Part shown: piece by piece, positions 40,275-56,400 of the stretch
Layout: every line of letters begins with the position of its first letter
Position numbering within the stretch: position 1 is the stretch's first letter
Origin: the human T2T-CHM13v2.0 reference genome, Homo sapiens
Assembly: GCF_009914755.1 (NCBI RefSeq)
Contig: NC_060931.1
Direction: 5' to 3' (one strand)
DNA length: 64,000 bases
Position numbers and translations under genes: made by a program
The notes under the pieces: generated by a model
Told to the model about the DNA's origin: nothing
Seen by the model: only the letters and a program-made list of their open reading frames with translations
Database searches by the model: none

Positions 40275-41100
40275 TTCTTCCAGATTTATTGAGGTACAAT
40301 TAATAAATAAAAGCTGTATATATTTAAGGTACTCAACTTGATGTTTTGATATAAATATACATTGTGAAATAATCATCACAAGTTAATTAACATATTCATC
40401 ACCTCGCAGTTATCATTTTTCTTTGCTTTGCTTTGCTTTTTTGTAGTAAGAACTCTTAAAATCTAGCCTTTTAGCAACTATCAAGTATACAATACAGTAT
40501 TGTTAACTATAGTCACATTGTTGTATATTAGATGTACAGAACTTATTCGTCCTGCATAATAAATCTTGTGCCCCTTGATCAAAACATCTACTCATTTTTC
40601 TCTTCAGCCCGTAGCACTACCATTCTACTCTATGCTTCAGTGAATTTGACTTTTAGATTCCATATATAAGTGAGAAGATGCAGTATTTGTCTTTGTGTGC
40701 CTGGCTTATTTCACTTAGCATAATGTCCTCCAGGTTTATGTATGTTGTCAAAATGGCAGGATTTCCTACATTTCAAGGATGAATGATATTCTATTATATA
40801 TATGCACCACAATTTCTTTATCCATTTATCTATCAACAGACATTTTGGTTATTTCTATATCTTGGTTCTGGTGAATAATGCTAAAATAAAGATAAGAGTA
40901 CAGATAACTCTTCAAGATACTGATTTCATTTCCCTTGGATATATACCCAGAAGTGGGTTTGCTGAATCATACAGTAGTTCTATTTTTAATTTTTTGAAGA
41001 AACTCCATACTGTTTTCCATATTGATTGTACCAATTTACATTTCTACCAGCAGTATTGCCCTTTCTCCACATCCTAGCTAACCCTTGCCACCTTTGGACT
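40275..41100 (-). mobile_element. L1MA-type 3' fragment
   Basis: agatttattgaggtacaatt...gatactgatttcatttcccttggatatatacccagaagtggg. Confidence 0.85.
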
Positions 41101-41197
41101 GTATAAGTTATGCTAAGATTGGAGCTTTGGAAAGTTAAATATAAAAGTAATTTAAACAAATAAGTATTTAAGGATTTCAAAAAGACTTAAAGGGGGT

Positions 41198-41975
41198 TGT
41201 ATTAGAAAAAGGGTCTTCAGAGAAACAATAAGATATGGGGGAGGAGAGGAGAGAGAGAGAAAGATTTAGATTTATTGTAAGGAATTAATTGGCTCACACG
41301 ATTATGGAGGATGGGAAATCCCATGATCTGCAAGCTGGCTGGAGACCAAGGAAAGCAAGTGATGTAATTCCAGTCTGAGTTTGAAGGCCAGAGTACCAGG
41401 AGAATTGATATAAATTCTAGTCCAAGTTTGAAGGCCTTAGAACCAGTAGTTCTGCTGGTAAAATTCCAGTCTAAGGACAAGAGGAGACTGATGCCTATGG
41501 ACTGAATATTTGTGTCCCCCTAATATTCATTTGTTAAGCTCCTCACCTCCAATGTAATGGTATTAAGAAGTAAGGCCTTTGGGAGGTAATATAAGGTCAT
41601 GAGGTAGAGATCTCATAAATAGGATTGGTGCCCTTATTAAAAGATGCTAGAGTGTGTGTTCTTTCCTTTCTACCACACGAGGATACAATGAGAAGACAGC
41701 CATCTAAAAACCAGGAAGGTAGCCCTCACCAGACACTGGATCTCCTGGCACCTTAATCTTATACTTTCTAGCCTCCAGAAATGTGATAAATTTCTGTTAT
41801 TTAAGCAATTCAGTCTATAGTATTTTGTTATAGCAGCTTGAACTAAGACACCAATGTCCTAGCTCACACAGTCAGGCAGAGAGAAAATTCTTCCCTCTTC
41901 CACCTTTTTGTTCTCTTCGGGTCCTCAGTGGCTTAGTTGGTGCCCAACCACATTGGGAAAGGTGATCTGCTTTAC
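41198..41975 (-). mobile_element. MLT2B-like ERVL LTR (interrupted)
   Basis: tgtattag...cagagaaac...gatttattgtaaggaatt..ggctcacacgattatggagg...; resumes after the nested LTR at 41851. Confidence 0.7.
41492..41850 (+). mobile_element. MLT1A/MSTD-like MaLR LTR nested in MLT2B
   Basis: ctatggactgaatatttgtgtcccc...gtattttgttatagcagcttgaactaagaca. Confidence 0.75.
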
Positions 41976-44930
<2,955 letters not shown>

Positions 44931-44944
44931 CCTTGTAATTATTA

Positions 44945-45592
44945 TCTTAAAATATTTGTTGTCAAATAAAGATTGAATAGATTCAAACTGTATGGCATGA
45001 TGATTTAATATATGTGTACATTGTATAATGATTACCACAATCAAAGTGATTACACATTCATCACCACCTATTCTCTATACTAGATGCCCAGAACTTTTCT
45101 TATCTTATAACTAATTGTTTATACCCTTTGATCAACATCTCTCCGTTTTCACCTTCCTCTAGCCCCGGCATATTATTCTACTCTCTGTGTTTTTAAGCTC
45201 AACCCTTTTTAGATTCCACATACAAGTGCAATCATACAGTATTTGTCTTTCTGGGTTTGGGCTTATTTCACTTAGCATAATGTCCTCCAGTTGTGTCCAT
45301 GTTATCACAAATGGCAGGATTTCCTTCTATTTATAGCTGAATAATATTCCACTGTATATATGTGTCACAATTTCTTTATCTTATCCAGCTATCCACTGAT
45401 GGATACTTAGGTTGTTTCCATATCCTGGCTGTTGTAAATAATGTTAAAATGAACATGGCAGTGCAGATATGACTTCAGGATGCTGATTTTATTTCCTTCC
45501 AGTAAGATTGTTGGACATATAGTAATTCTATTTTTAATTTTTAAGGAACCTTCATGGTATTTCCCATGTGGCTATACCAGTTTACATTCCCC
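44945..45592 (-). mobile_element. L1MA-type 3' fragment
   Basis: acattgtataatgattaccacaatcaa...tttagattccacatacaagtg...gcttatttcacttagcataatgtcctcca. Confidence 0.8.
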
Positions 45593-45864
45593 TTTCTAAT
45601 TTTTAAAGTAGCATCTTTTTGGTATTATTTTATTCTTTCCATTTATCTCTCCATTCATTCATCCCCTTATAAAACTATATTTCAAACCCCACTTACATCA
45701 GATATATTCCCTTTTAATGAAAGAGTACTTAGAGTAAAGGGCAAGAGGAAAAGAAGATAGAAGAACAATAAAAAAAAAAACTTCCACAATAACACTTTTA
45801 CCAGAAAATGTGTGGTAGCAACATTTAAATAATTTGCCACACTTTTATTAAGCTTCTTTTATTT

Positions 45865-46890
45865 CCCAGGTTCTGATTAGTGCTGGGGATATGAAGATTA
45901 ATAAGATATGGTTACTACTCTCAAAAGTTTATTGTATAGTTTAAAAAAAAACAGAATGTGTGAACAAGATTAAGAAACTGTTTTTGAGACTAATCGAAAC
46001 CCCTTTAGGGGACATTTTGGACACAAAAGAGGTAGTGGTCAAATATACTGTGTTTGACCAGTATAGGAGGGAGGACAGAGATGCTTACGACAAAAGAGAT
46101 CATTGAAACAACCTTGTTAACTGAGGAGCTGTTTCCAGGAGAGCATCTGGAAGAAGGACTTTGCAGGCAAGAAGTAGAAACGTCAGATCCCCTGAGATTT
46201 TGTGGAATCTTAAAAAAGGACTTGAATAGACTAGGTAGGGTGTAAGTGGGATACTCTGAAAGAAGTGAAGCATGATGAACTAAAAGGAGTGGGTAAATTC
46301 CTTCAATCATCTATTCATTTACAATGTGTAAAGTTCAAATTGAATATCAGGAACCGTGCTGGGAGTGGGCCTACAAGGATGAAGAACACTTAATTCTTAC
46401 CTGTGAGATGCTTACATCCTGGTAGATGAAGCCAAAATCTAAGCAAATAATTTCAGCAATGTGATAGGTATTAAAGTAGAGATTTGCAAGACATATGGTC
46501 GGAACACAAAGGGAAAAATTACACAACTCCTCCAAGGGGATTTAGGAATTAAGATCGGGGTGAGCTAAGACATGAAGGAGGAGTAGGCATTCTCTGGGAA
46601 TACAGGAGTGGGGTTAAGGGCAATCCAGGCAAAAGGTATAGCACCAAAGATAAAAGATACATACAGGGTCTTACATGTTGTTTGGTGTGCCCAGATCACA
46701 GGATCTGCATGGGAGAATGATAGGCAAAAGACTACAAAAGTCAATGGAACCTAAATGACAATGGGCCTATAAATGCCAGGTTATGAATTCTGGATTTTCT
46801 TATGTAAGCTTTAGGGAGCCCTGCAGGAGTTTAGGAAGAAAAGTGGTATAATCAGGCTTACCTTTCAGAAAGGTTAATCTGGATTTACTA
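45865..46890 (-). mobile_element. L2 fragments
   Basis: L2 tail motifs (ttcaatcatctattcattt...caggaaccgtgctggga) with purine-rich body. Boundaries approximate. Confidence 0.45.
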
Positions 46891-48078
46891 GGAAAGAAAA
46901 TGCAGCTGACTTTCCTGAATGGATACTGGGTGATTCATGGAACCTGTGGGAGAGTTGAGAACTAAGCTCAAGACTGCTTTGAGGAATGACACCCCAAATC
47001 ATGCTCAGAATTGACTCTGCAGAAAATGGCCATCTGAGATGCTGCTGTCACCGAATGCTACCATAACTCTTTTGCCAGAACCAAACCTCTTTCCACAACA
47101 TTAGCCAGCAAAACAATCTACAGGGAACATCCTTCCTCCCTCTATTCACTTCTGAATCCAAGTGGACCATGAATAAATCTAATTAATAGAGCCAGGATCT
47201 CATGCCTCTGCCATTTCTTCTGAGCAGCTGGAGAAGGTAGATTTCTGATTCTACCTGAGGAAGGCTGGGCCCATAGCGTTAGAGATTCTCCAAGCATTGC
47301 AAGTATGGCCCAAAGGTACTGGGCTGCTGTGGCAGAGAGCCACCTCACCTGGCAATAGTATTAAAGACAAATTGAAAACAGGCAACTTTGAGAAGAGTTC
47401 AAAACATTCTGCAGTAGTTCAGGTGATATATGAACTCTGATGCTGATAGTGGGAATGGAAAAGAGAAATCAAAACCAAACGTGAACTTTTAGGAAGTGGG
47501 CTCTATAGAAAGAAAACGTATTGGATAAAGGATCTAAGAGATAATACAGCCAAATGGAGCCTAACTTGAGAGACAGGAAGAATGCTAATCTTAACTAGAA
47601 CTAGGAAAAAAGCAGGACGATTATGTTAAAGGATGGTAAAAGTGGAAACAGAGGAATACATATTTTGACATTTAAAAGATTTAGTGATCTAGAAGTTCAC
47701 TTTTTGGATATTTTATTTTTCAACAATACTGGTCAAATGAGATATTATTTATTTATTTCAGAATTAAATTTTATTTTACATCCATAGAAATCATGAAAAA
47801 CATTTACATTTTTCCACATAACAATATAACATTTCAACAGAGTATTTCTGGCTGTAAAGAAGATCTTGTTGATTTGTACAATTGAAACAACAGTTTTTGT
47901 TCCTTAAAGTAAACAAAATGACTTGGTGAATGTTTAAAATTTTTGAGTCTAGATATAAACATGGATTCATTATTAACATCCTATACTGTCCATTACTAAA
48001 TTATTCCCATTATCAATTGGCACTCGTGTGAAGATTCATTCTTAACATTGTTTTGGTCAGTTGGAATACAGTAGAAAA

Positions 48079-49069
48079 TGTTGTGGGAAGTCAGGAACCC
48101 CAAACGGAGGGACCAGCTGAAGCCATGACAGAAGAATGTGGATTGTGAAGATTTTATGGACATTTATTAGTTCCCCCAAATTAATGCTTTTGTAATTTCT
48201 TATGCCTGTCTTTACTGCAATCACTAAACATAAATTGTAAAGATTTCATGGACACTTATCACTTCCCCAATCAATACCCTTGTGATTTCCTATGCCTGTC
48301 TTTACTTTAATCTCTTAATCCTGTCCACCGAGGAGGATGTATGTGGCCTCAGGACCATGTGATAATTGCGTTAACTGCACCAAATGTACAGCATGTGTGT
48401 TTGAGCAATATGAAATCCGAGCACCTTGAAAAAAGAACAGGATAACAGCAATTTTTCAGGGAATAAGAGAGATAACCTTAAACTCTGACCGCTGGTGAGC
48501 CGGGTGGAACAGAGCCACATTTCTCTTCTTTGAAAAGCAAATGGGAGAAATATCACTGAATTCTTTTTCTCAGCATGGAACGTCCCTGAGAAAGAGAATG
48601 TGCACCTGGGGGTGGGTCTCTAAACTGGCCCACCTGGGGGCGTGGTTGTCTCTTATGGTAGAGTCTGCAGAGATGAAATAAACTCCAGTCTCCTATAAAC
48701 TCCCAGGCTTATTAGGAAGAGGAAATTCCCACCTAATAAATTTTGGTCAGACAGGTTGATCCCTGTCTTCTGATAAGATGTTATCAATGACAATGGTGCC
48801 CGAAACTTCATTAGCAATTTTAATTTCGCCTCAGTCCTGTGGTCCTGTGATCTCGCCCTGCCTCCACTGGCCTTGTGATATTCTATTACCCTGTTAAGTA
48901 CTTGATGTCTGTCACCCACACCTATTCACACACTCAGGGATCCTACCAATGTGTGATGTCTCCCCCAGACTCCCAGCTTTAAAATTTCTCTCTTTTATTT
49001 CTCAAGCCAGCCAATGCTTAGGGAAACTAGGAAAGAACCTATGTGATTATCGGGGCAGGTCCCCTGATG
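48079..49069 (+). mobile_element. MER11A-like (HML-8/ERVK) solo LTR inserted in the LYPLA1 pseudogene 3'UTR
   Basis: tgttgtgggaagtcaggaaccccaaacggagggaccagctgaagccatg ... cggggcaggtcccctgatg; 6-bp TSD AGAAAA (48073-48078, 49070-49075). Confidence 0.9.
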
Positions 49070-49342
49070 AGAAAAACTAACACAAGCCAGAAATATTAAG
49101 CATACATTTTTGCTACATATAAAACTGCATGGTAATTACACCACATATATACAGTTCTCACTAACCTTTATTACCCATAAATTTTTAAAAATCATTTTTA
49201 CAAGTAATCTGGATATTTTGACTATCTGAAATCAAATGATTGCTATTTTTAATGTTTGCACAAAAAATTAATTAAAAAATCATTTTACTAAGGTTAAAAT
49301 TTCCAGTAAGTCTATTGGCAGATATAAATAAAGCAAAATTTT

Positions 49343-49750
<408 letters not shown>

Positions 49751-50859
49751 TCATTTTCTATAGCAGTCAGCTTTAAATATATGTACAAAATAAGTAAGCA
49801 AATGATGCTATGAGGAGATAAAATTATCTTAGAAATTAGTTTTTAGGATCAGCCTTAAATTTTTCAGAAATTATTAGAGTATGATTTAATTTTTTCAGTT
49901 GCTTACATAAAATAAAATGAAATAATTATTCCTGTTACATGGGTTAAAGATTCTAATAACTAAATAGGCTTAAATTTGGACTAAGGCATAGTTATTTGAA
50001 ATAAGTAGTGCAAGTTTTAAGTAATGTCTGGTTTCTTTATGAAGTAAGTATAGATTTTAAATACCTTATGTTTGTGATTCAGAATGTCAAGTCATAGCAT
50101 GTGTTGACAGTAAATGTCTACGGCAGGGAAGCAATGTTTGGTCTGCTATGAAGGACAATAAAAACATGTTTTTATCTTGAGAGGAGAAAGGAATATTAAA
50201 TAGAAATTATATCAGGGAAGAGAAAAGCCTGGTCCCAAAATAAAAGGGCCATTAATTGAAGAGAAGAATATTATTCTTTATTGACACTTAGCATTATCCT
50301 TATTACTAGGACTAGTGTAATTCTTATTATATATTACAATCATTACATATATATGAATACACATGTAAAAATACAGACACTGCATGATGACTAAGCAATT
50401 TTGGAATAAATCCATAGACTAAGTCATAGAATACATAAATTGTTTATATCTTAACTGCTCATTTATACCTGAACAAATTTTCATTAAGCATATCAGTAAT
50501 TTTCAAATGATGTAATAAAAAATCTGGTTGTAGTATTTCATTACTTTGCTGAATTATATTTGCAAAAAAAGAAACTAGCTACCTCACCTATTTTAATGTG
50601 AGTATATTCTGAGTTATATTATAAGAATACAGGTATATAGCTTAAAAGATCCTACATTTTTCATGAGGAGACATAGGATAAATTTCCTGTAAGGTGTCAC
50701 TGCTGTGTATTTGCAAAACATTTTAAAACTGAAAACTTTAGAAGTTTGAAGATCAGACATTGGAAAAAATGTGTACTCCACTACAATACCGCTGGTGTAC
50801 TTCTATAAAAGGACTCTTAGTGAAATCAATCAATTGGATAAAATTGTAGAATTTTATCA

Positions 50860-51192
<333 letters not shown>

Positions 51193-51254
51193 TCAGAAAG
51201 AATGCCATTCTACACCTCTTGATCTACCAAAAGTTTTACATTTTCTGCTGCCTA

Positions 51255-51611
<357 letters not shown>

Positions 51612-52919
51612 TCAGGCACCATCATCACGTATTTAAGAAGCCGTTGGCTATATTCCAGGAATTGAGACGCTCACCCACGTGTAAAAGTATTTGGCTTCTA
51701 TTCTCTGGAATAGATATGCATTAAGATTTTGCAAATTTAGAATATAGATAGAAATATTTAAGAGTTTGACATTTTTAACATGTCACCAGATGTTACTTTT
51801 CCTGGTATTTAGTTCTATGTAGTTAGGGGTTGAGTCTTCAGTGATTTACTTATTTAAATACATAGTTTGTGTCCCTATGTAGTGTCTATAGAGAACATTT
51901 TTCTCTGTATTGTTTTATGGTGATAGCTGCTACAGTCTAACCAGTCCAAACTGTGAAAAAGTGACAAGAAAGATTAATTGCTATTTGTCCCACATCTACC
52001 ATGAATCTTTTCCACTTAGGCAAACACTATGTAAATTTCCTGGAAATGTCACTTGGGGGAGCTTGTGACCCTGATCTGTCCCCATCAGAAATCTGGCAGC
52101 CAGTGAACATGATCTTGGGCCAGGTGGAAGCAGCTTTTGATTGGCAGGTGCAGCTCCCCTCACCCCCCCACCTCCCCCACAACTCCCCCCCAGCTTCTCC
52201 AGCCCCTACCCCTGTCCCTCGCCAAGATACACAGACAGAGTGAGGCTCTGGAGCAGTGTAAAGGCCTGCCTATATGTTGCCTGCTTCCTGAGTGCTCCCA
52301 TAGCTTCCTTAGGATCTTTGACAAAACTCCTTTTCATCAGAAAAATTTGGACAAGAAGGCTTTCTTTTCTTCACATTTGGGCCTAAGTAGTATAAGTGTT
52401 CATATCCTCTCACAAGCAGTTTCTGAGTAAATAAGGTCCCTCCAGCTCTGAACAAAGATCTGTCTTCGTAGATTCCTTTCATCTAGACGGTTCTGACTAG
52501 CTACTGTTGTATGGCCTGAAAAAATCTGCTCTTCGTCTTTTGATTCTGTCATTCTTATAAAAACAAACAACAAAGTGCTCCAGACATCTTTGTACTGTCA
52601 TAAAACCTAGACAAGTGAGTGTAGATTTACCAAAACAATCTTTCCTTAGTTGCATATAATATACAGAGTATAATAAACAAAAGTATTACTTGTAATATGA
52701 TGACAAGAGGCTCAGCCATGGAGTCACCAGGCATGAGCTCTAATCTTTGTTCTGCAGCTTGATTTTAAGCTGTGTAAACTTGTGCAAGTCAACTAGCATC
52801 TTTGAACATTATCTAAAAGACAGGACTATATTTCAGACATTGAAGTATTTATGAAAATACTGTTTTAACTACCAAGAGATCCACTTACAGATGTGTCACT
52901 GGTGCAGCATGTGATCTAA

Positions 52920-53425
52920 GTCAGGACTCAGCACAGCCTACAAGGTCCTGGATAATCTGACCACCTGAGGAAACATTCTCCTTCTTCACCCTCCACCACT
53001 CTCCCCTGACTCATTGTGCTTTGAGCACCCACTGGCCATGCATTCCTCATTAAGGTTTTGCAAAACTATTCTCTCTGCCAACAGCTCTGTGTGTTCCATT
53101 CCCACTTCTACCAACCACCCCCTGCCCATCCTTCAAGTTTCAGCCTAAATATCAGTTCCTCATATAAAACTTCCTGGCCCACCAGAGTGGCTGGGGTCTG
53201 ATGCAACTAGAACTTATTTCCTCTGCTTCTTTATAGAAATACTCAAAATTATAATGTAAACATTATTGCAATTAATGGTATAATGTCAGTATTTACCATC
53301 AGACTATAATTTATATGAGAGCAGGGTGATTTTTGTATGGTTACTGGGCCTAGATCTTAGGTCCCTGGACAGTACCTGGGATATAGAAGGCGCTCAATAA
53401 GTATTGAGTGAAAGAGTGAATGAAC
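52920..53425 (+). mobile_element. L2 3' fragment
   Basis: Ends in the L2 tail ...gacagtacctgggatatagaaggcgctcaataagtattgagtgaaagagtgaatgaa. Confidence 0.6.
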
Positions 53426-56400
53426 CCACTACATGCCCTCGCATTTTCATGTTATTGCATGTACTGATGCATCTGGTTGGGAGAGCCTTCTCTCTGATTT
53501 GATATTCCTTCACTGAATGAATCAATTCAGGGATCGCATCCTCCAGACATTTATTATAGATCCTTGGTAAATGCTAAATGCTTTCACAGTGCCTTGTATT
53601 TTCCTCCATGACAGAGGCTACATACTAGATTTACCTGGGTGTTAACAAATGCTGATGTCCAGACACTGCCCCAGACCAATTAAACCAGAACCTCTCTTCC
53701 CAGCATCATTTCTTAAAAGGTCTCCGTGGTATTTCTAATATGAAGCCAAGGTTAAGAACCACTGATTACTATACTGTGTCCTTATGTATTAAATATATGC
53801 ATGTCTATGTCTGCTAGGTGGCTCAGCCCTTTGAAAGAAAGAACTTTTCTTATTCATTCTCCTAGCCTGTGGATCTAGCATAGCAGGCATTTTGGTGACC
53901 AAAGACAAAAAAGGTTTTTGAATGAGTGGTTAGATGAACATTTGTTATTGAAGTAAGTACATGTCATCACCAGACCATGTTTTCCTCAGATATGAGTGAG
54001 AAGGGAATGCCTTAATAAAGACAATGACTTCCAAGTATTATACCAAGGAATTCTCTATTGAGTGAGATAAACATATAATTATCTGTTACTGACAAAATTA
54101 AACATCCTTTTTTCCCTCTTGGATAATACAACAGTATTTCAGTCATAGAGAAAGCTTTCCAAAAGTATTTGGTTGTGAGAGAGTAATTGAATTGAGAACT
54201 ATTGTGAATTGAAGCCAAACACATACCAGAGTTTCACAGGTCAGGCAGACATATGTTAATAGGACAATCACTGTTTCCTTTTCAGCCCTAAATGTAGAGC
54301 AGCTGAATAGGATAGTATCTAGAGTGAAAAAATGAATAAAGTGCAGTTTTTTTTCAAAAATCAATTGCCAAGAACCGCAATGATTTAATCAGTAGGGACT
54401 TCTGGACAAAGTGCGAATAAACTTGTTAATGTGTGGGGCATTCTGCCTGCCTGCAAAAGTTGGAGCTTTTCATAGTTCAGGGTAAAATTCTGTAAACTTT
54501 GTGAATTCATATCTATGTGAATATATGCTTTTTCCTAGGAATACAGAATATAGCTTTTATCAGCATCTTTAAAAAGTCTAGTTTTCAAAAAGGGTCATTA
54601 CTAAGAGGGAGTTTGGGGTCCCTACTGACCTCTGTGGTAACATTAGCCTGGTGTGGACCAGGAAGCCTGATCAGGTCTTCTGACCCAAGCTAAACAGACC
54701 TAGACTCTTCAGCCTTGTCCATAATCTCCAGTTCAGTCACACAGAAGTGCCAAAAATCCTCCTAACTTCCTATGTCTTTATGTGACAGTTTTATCTTTGG
54801 CTTCTAATCATTTTTAATTTACCTTATTTAATTTAAAGTTCCCAGAATTTTCATCATCCCAACATTGTCACTTCTTCTTCTTCACCACTTATTTCTAGAC
54901 AACTTATTTTGTGTCTTCTTCAAGTTTGTTTCTTTTGGATTATGTTCCTAACATATATAGAAAGTTGCAGATTATGACCTACAAGAGGACCCTAGGGAAC
55001 ACTGGCTTTTATTGAGCAGATGGAATAGGAAATTATACAAGAATGACACAGGTCCATCAGAGAAATGGGAGAAGAACCATCAAGAGAAGATGAGATCAAG
55101 GACAGGGTGAGTTACAACAGGAATATTCCTTGCATGTGTCCTTGGATGGAGGTTGTGAGTGACCTCATGGGAGTATTTTCCTGAGGACATGGAGGTGGAA
55201 GTCAGACTGCAGTGGGTTAAAGGGTCACTAATGAGCCAATGGTTTCAGTGACATGGTTAGCTATAAAGAGAAGGAAAGAGGAGGAAGCAAGAGATTCGGT
55301 TGATCATTTATTTGGGTAAAAAGCCCTATATATGCTGAAGGAAAGAATGCAAGGGGCGAGTAATGTTTTAGAAGCAAGAGGAAAATTTAATGTTACAATC
55401 CCTCAACATGAGGAAAAAACGGTCTATTTTTGGTGTTTTTATTTCATTGTATAGTGTCTTTGAAGACGAGTTGCCTATTTTTCTTGGTAGAGCTATATAT
55501 AGTAAAACCCTGTATCCATAAAGCATAGCTCCAGGTAGTCAGTAGTAAGGTTATATTGAGAAGATAAAGATGTCTTATTCTTCACTTCAAAAATAGTTTG
55601 ATATTCTCACCTCTTCACTTCCCCGCTTTAATGTTGGCAGATGACACATATGTTCTCTTTTCTAAAGCAACCACATTCACCACTTGTCTTCGTACTAGGC
55701 ATTATTCCCTCTTTCTACCATTTTCAATCTGTTTGGCTACATACATCTTTAATTCACCCCTGTTATTCCCTAAATCTTGAGAGTTTCAAATCCACTTTAT
55801 TCAGTACACTTTCAAATTAACATTCTAATTCTCTCTTTTATCTCTAGTTTTCTTAAGAGTAATTTTGCTCTCTTCTTTCTCAGTTTCTATTTATTTATCA
55901 CCTCCTGGCAATCTAGCCTTTGTCCTCAGCAATTGCCTTTGCCTATCCTCTCACCTGCAAATGACAAGGAAGAGAATCCACACCTTCTGCCCACTCTGTC
56001 TCACTTTCTGCTCACTTCCTGGACCCTGGAGCCTGCTTGCTTTGCCCTGTGGGATCCCTTCTCTGTTTTCTATTGTTATTGGTTCCAAGTTTGGCTCTTG
56101 CATGGAGCAGGTATTCACAGCTGTATGACTTGTGGTGCAAAGGTGAAGGGTACCACAGGTACACAGAATTGTTATGGTATATGGTGGTGGTGAGTGAAGG
56201 CCCTTACTTCAAGCTTCTTTAGTTTACATTCTAATTCCTCCACTTATGACCTATGTGGCCCTAGGTAGGTTACTCACTCTTATTGTCAAAAATGAAGATA
56301 TTAGTTCTTAACTTATAGGCTTATTGGGAGAACCAAATAAGTTAAAGTGCTTAGAATAACACCTGGTCTTTTATATTAAGCTGAATGTCATATGACTTAT

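Noticed and set aside
48135-48310. Internal direct repeat in the MER11 LTR
   Set aside because: As far as I recall, part of the normal MER11 consensus.
51620-51730. TSD for the LYPLA1 retrocopy
   Set aside because: Only weak similarity between the flanks; no duplication can be called.
55777-56193. 138-aa + strand ORF
   Set aside because: Non-ATG start, low-complexity pyrimidine-rich translation, no homology recognised.
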